Source: Octopus sinensis
Taxonomy: Eukaryota
Direction: 5' to 3'
Assembly: GCF_006345805.1 (NCBI RefSeq)
Contig: NC_043003.1
Location: forward strand, 64,914,001-64,978,000
DNA: 64,000 bases
Below, one piece after another: positions 61,120-64,000 of the stretch. Numbering within the stretch: the stretch's first letter is position 1; each line of letters opens with the position of its first letter. Both the position numbers and the translations under genes were made by a program. Under the pieces are notes generated by a model. That model ran no database searches and had not been told where the DNA came from. It worked only from the letters and a program-made list of their open reading frames with translations.

Positions 61120-62113
61120 TTTACAATAGGCACAAGGCCTGAAATTTTGGGGGAGGTCAGTCAATTCCCGAAAGGATGAAAGACAAAGTCGACCTCGGTG
61201 GAATTGAACTCGGAACGTAGCAACGGGAGAAATATCATTAATAATAATAATTTCTGTGATAGGTACAAGGATTGAAATTTGGGTAAAGAGGACAGTCGAT
61301 TACATCGATCCCGATGTTCAACAGGTACTTAAAATTATCGACCCCGAAAGGATGAAAGGCAAAGTCGACTTTGGCAGAATTTGAACTTAGAACGTTAAAA
61401 CGGACGAAATGCCGGTTAGCATTTTGCCCGGCGTGCTAACGTTTCTTATTTCTTTACTGCCCACAAGTGGCTACACACAGAGGGGACAAACAAGGACAGA
61501 CAAACAGATTAGAGTCGATTATATCGACCCCAGTGCGTAACTGGTACTTATTTAATCGACCCCGAAAGGATGAAAGGTAAAGTCGACCTCGGCGGAATTT
61601 GAGCTCAGAACGTAGCGCAGACGAAATACCTATTTCTTTATCACCCACAAGGGGCTAAACATAGAGGGGACAAACAAGGACAGACAAAAGTATTAAGTCG
61701 ATTATATCGACCCCAGTGCATAACTGGTACTTAATTTATCGACCCAGAAAGGATGAAAGGCAAAGTCAACCTCGGCGGAATTTGAACTCAGAACGTAGCG
61801 GCAGACGAAATACCGCTAAGCATTTCGCCCGGCGTGCTAACGACTCTGCTAGCTCGCTGCCCTTAAAGACAGAAGAAATACCTATTTCTTTACTACCCAC
61901 TAGGGGCTAAACACAGAGGGGACAAACAAGGACAGACAAAAGTATTAAGTCGATTATATCGACCCCAGTGCGTAACTGGTACTTATTTAACCGACCCCGA
62001 AAGGATGAAAAGCAAAGTCGACCTCGGCGGAATTTGAACATAGAACGTAGCGGCAGACGAAATACCGGTAAACATTTCGCCCGGCGTGCTATCGTTTCCG
62101 CCGCTCGTCGCGT
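61120..62113 (-). mobile_element. SINE family A array (about 5 units, head-to-tail)
   Basis: Repeated GAAAGGATGAAAG..AAAGTC.ACCTCGG..GAATTTGA units with junctions at about 61445, 61631 and 61884. Confidence 0.92.
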
Positions 62114-63483
62114 TATAAGAAATGATAATAATAAGCAAATAAACAAATGAATGTTGTTTATCCAGTATTTTGCATGAAGTGTTTAGGTGCTTACTTCAAA
62201 AAGTGCCAGTTAGTAGACAGCAACAGTAGCACATCGTGTGTCATCTTCTTTAAATCTCCATTATAATCCATACTGTCATGGAAATACCACTCAAACACAA
62301 CCTTTTTTTTTTTTGCTCTCACAATGATATTGTTAGTTTATTTGTTTGTTTTGCTACTAGCTACTAATACGAAGCCCAGTTTGTCCCCCCCCCCACTTTT
62401 CTTTTACCTTCTTTTCTTCCGTACACTTTTCTCTAGGGTTTCCTTTAAGGCTGGATGGACATTGTTTGAGATCATATATTGTAGCTTGTCACCGTTTTTG
62501 TCATTCAATTTGAAATCTGTCATTTTATACACCCTGCTTGCTGTTCCTAGGAGAAAAGTAGGCTGCTCCATTTTTTTATATATTTATTTTTTTATAACCC
62601 TACCTTTTTTTTTTGCCTATATTTTTTTGTTATTCATTACAGTTCTCATTACTTTATAATATTTCAAGATCCACCGATGATTCATGTATATAGCGATATC
62701 ATTAATCATCTAATAATTCAATCAATAAGTATGGTTAGAGAATAGATGTTAGTTTTACTGTTTACAACTAACTACGAAAATTTAATCCGTGGAGCAGCTG
62801 GTCTTAATACTCCGCGTGTTCAATTTCCAAAAGCCTGCGGTAAGCCTGTCCTTTAGAGGATAAAATTAGATAAAAACACGGGAATAAAAGAATATCTTCT
62901 ACTGTCAATGTAACAAAAATTCGGTTACCATAGAAACCGCACTAATTTATTTTTCATTTAATTCTCGTTAGCTGACCGGTAACTCAGAGGTAAGCTCGCA
63001 GCCAACCGAGTTGCTTTCGTTAATGATTTATGCTGGTTCATATTTAGCTCTATCACTAAAGACAAACGGAAATCGTGAATACTACAGTATCTAGCTTTTA
63101 CTTTCTTAGGAAATGTAATATTTTGCGCTTATCTATATCTTGTATTTTATTAACGATATCAAGAAAATTTTGAAGATCGCATTAAACCATTTCTGCTTTT
63201 CTCAAAAATACCACTGTTTTATACACATGGCGTGCCCTGGTGGATAGTTATATTAAGGGAGATAATAATTTATAGATAAATCTTGGCGGGATTAGAAGCT
63301 TGGATACGTGGTGTTTTATGATTTTGTAATAAATCGATATTTCACTGAATACCGTTGTTCTCAAATCGATAGAATATTTCTATCTGGAATCAATGCAATA
63401 TGCTGTAATAGCCAATACCAAGAGTAGGAATGTGATATTTTATTGAAATTTACTCTCACATTTCTTGATAAGGTGTTTGTGTG

Positions 63484-63520
<37 letters not shown>

Positions 63521-64000
63521 TCACACACATACACACATATACACATATATACAAAGGCATATGCAAAGACATGCATGCCTATACACACATGTATGCATAT
63601 ATATATATATACATCAACATACACGTTAATGTATGTGTGTGTAAGTGCGCGCATGTGTGACTGTGTGTGCGCGCGGGTGTGATTGTGCGTGTGCGCGCGT
63701 GTGTTGCATGTGTGGATATGTTAGCGGTATATCAGATAACAATTTTTATAAGGTATACGTGTTTTGATAAGTGTGCAAGCAAAGCAAATATGCAGAAAAC
63801 TGAATGTTAAGCCTATAAAGATAACACATTTCATTATTAATTACGAGAGCTTGTTACCTCAACAGCTTTATTTAGTTGATATCCATATTTAAATTTATGT
63901 ATATTAAGTGACAAAACCGATAGGCGTAATGCTTTTACATTATTTAGCTTCTTGCCTGTAGAATTGTGGATTAAATTCTGATTCGGATGAAAACAATGAC

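Overview
AT-rich eukaryotic genomic DNA, saturated with microsatellites and short repeats. From recall, the repeat families look like those of an octopus (coleoid cephalopod); this is an inference, not a database result. The only clear host gene segment is the 3'-terminal coding exon of a heparan sulfate 3-O-sulfotransferase (HS3ST2/3/4/6 type, 12226-12841, +). Its 5'-PSB-encoding exon is not in the window, so 1-12225 is probably intron. The rest is a transposon landscape: CR1/L2-type, RTE and R4/Dong-type LINE pieces, several tRNA-derived SINE families (some as head-to-tail multimers), Tc1/mariner and pogo/Tigger relics, hAT and Tigger MITEs, a tandem Lep1/DINE-like rolling-circle element, and three long foldback palindromes. 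There is a 100-N scaffold gap at 32703-32802. The most notable unannotated signal is a set of minimal type I hammerhead ribozyme (HHR) motifs of the kind known from Penelope-like elements: a near-canonical one at 57215-57273; one inside a direct-repeat-bounded 509-bp unit (retrozyme-like); one in the tail of a tRNA-headed SINE; and six motifs in three inverted pairs within 18.6-19.9 kb. Nearly all ORFs in the supplied track are microsatellite translations. No CRISPR array or prokaryotic system is present. All folds and alignments were done by eye, and repeat boundaries are approximate.
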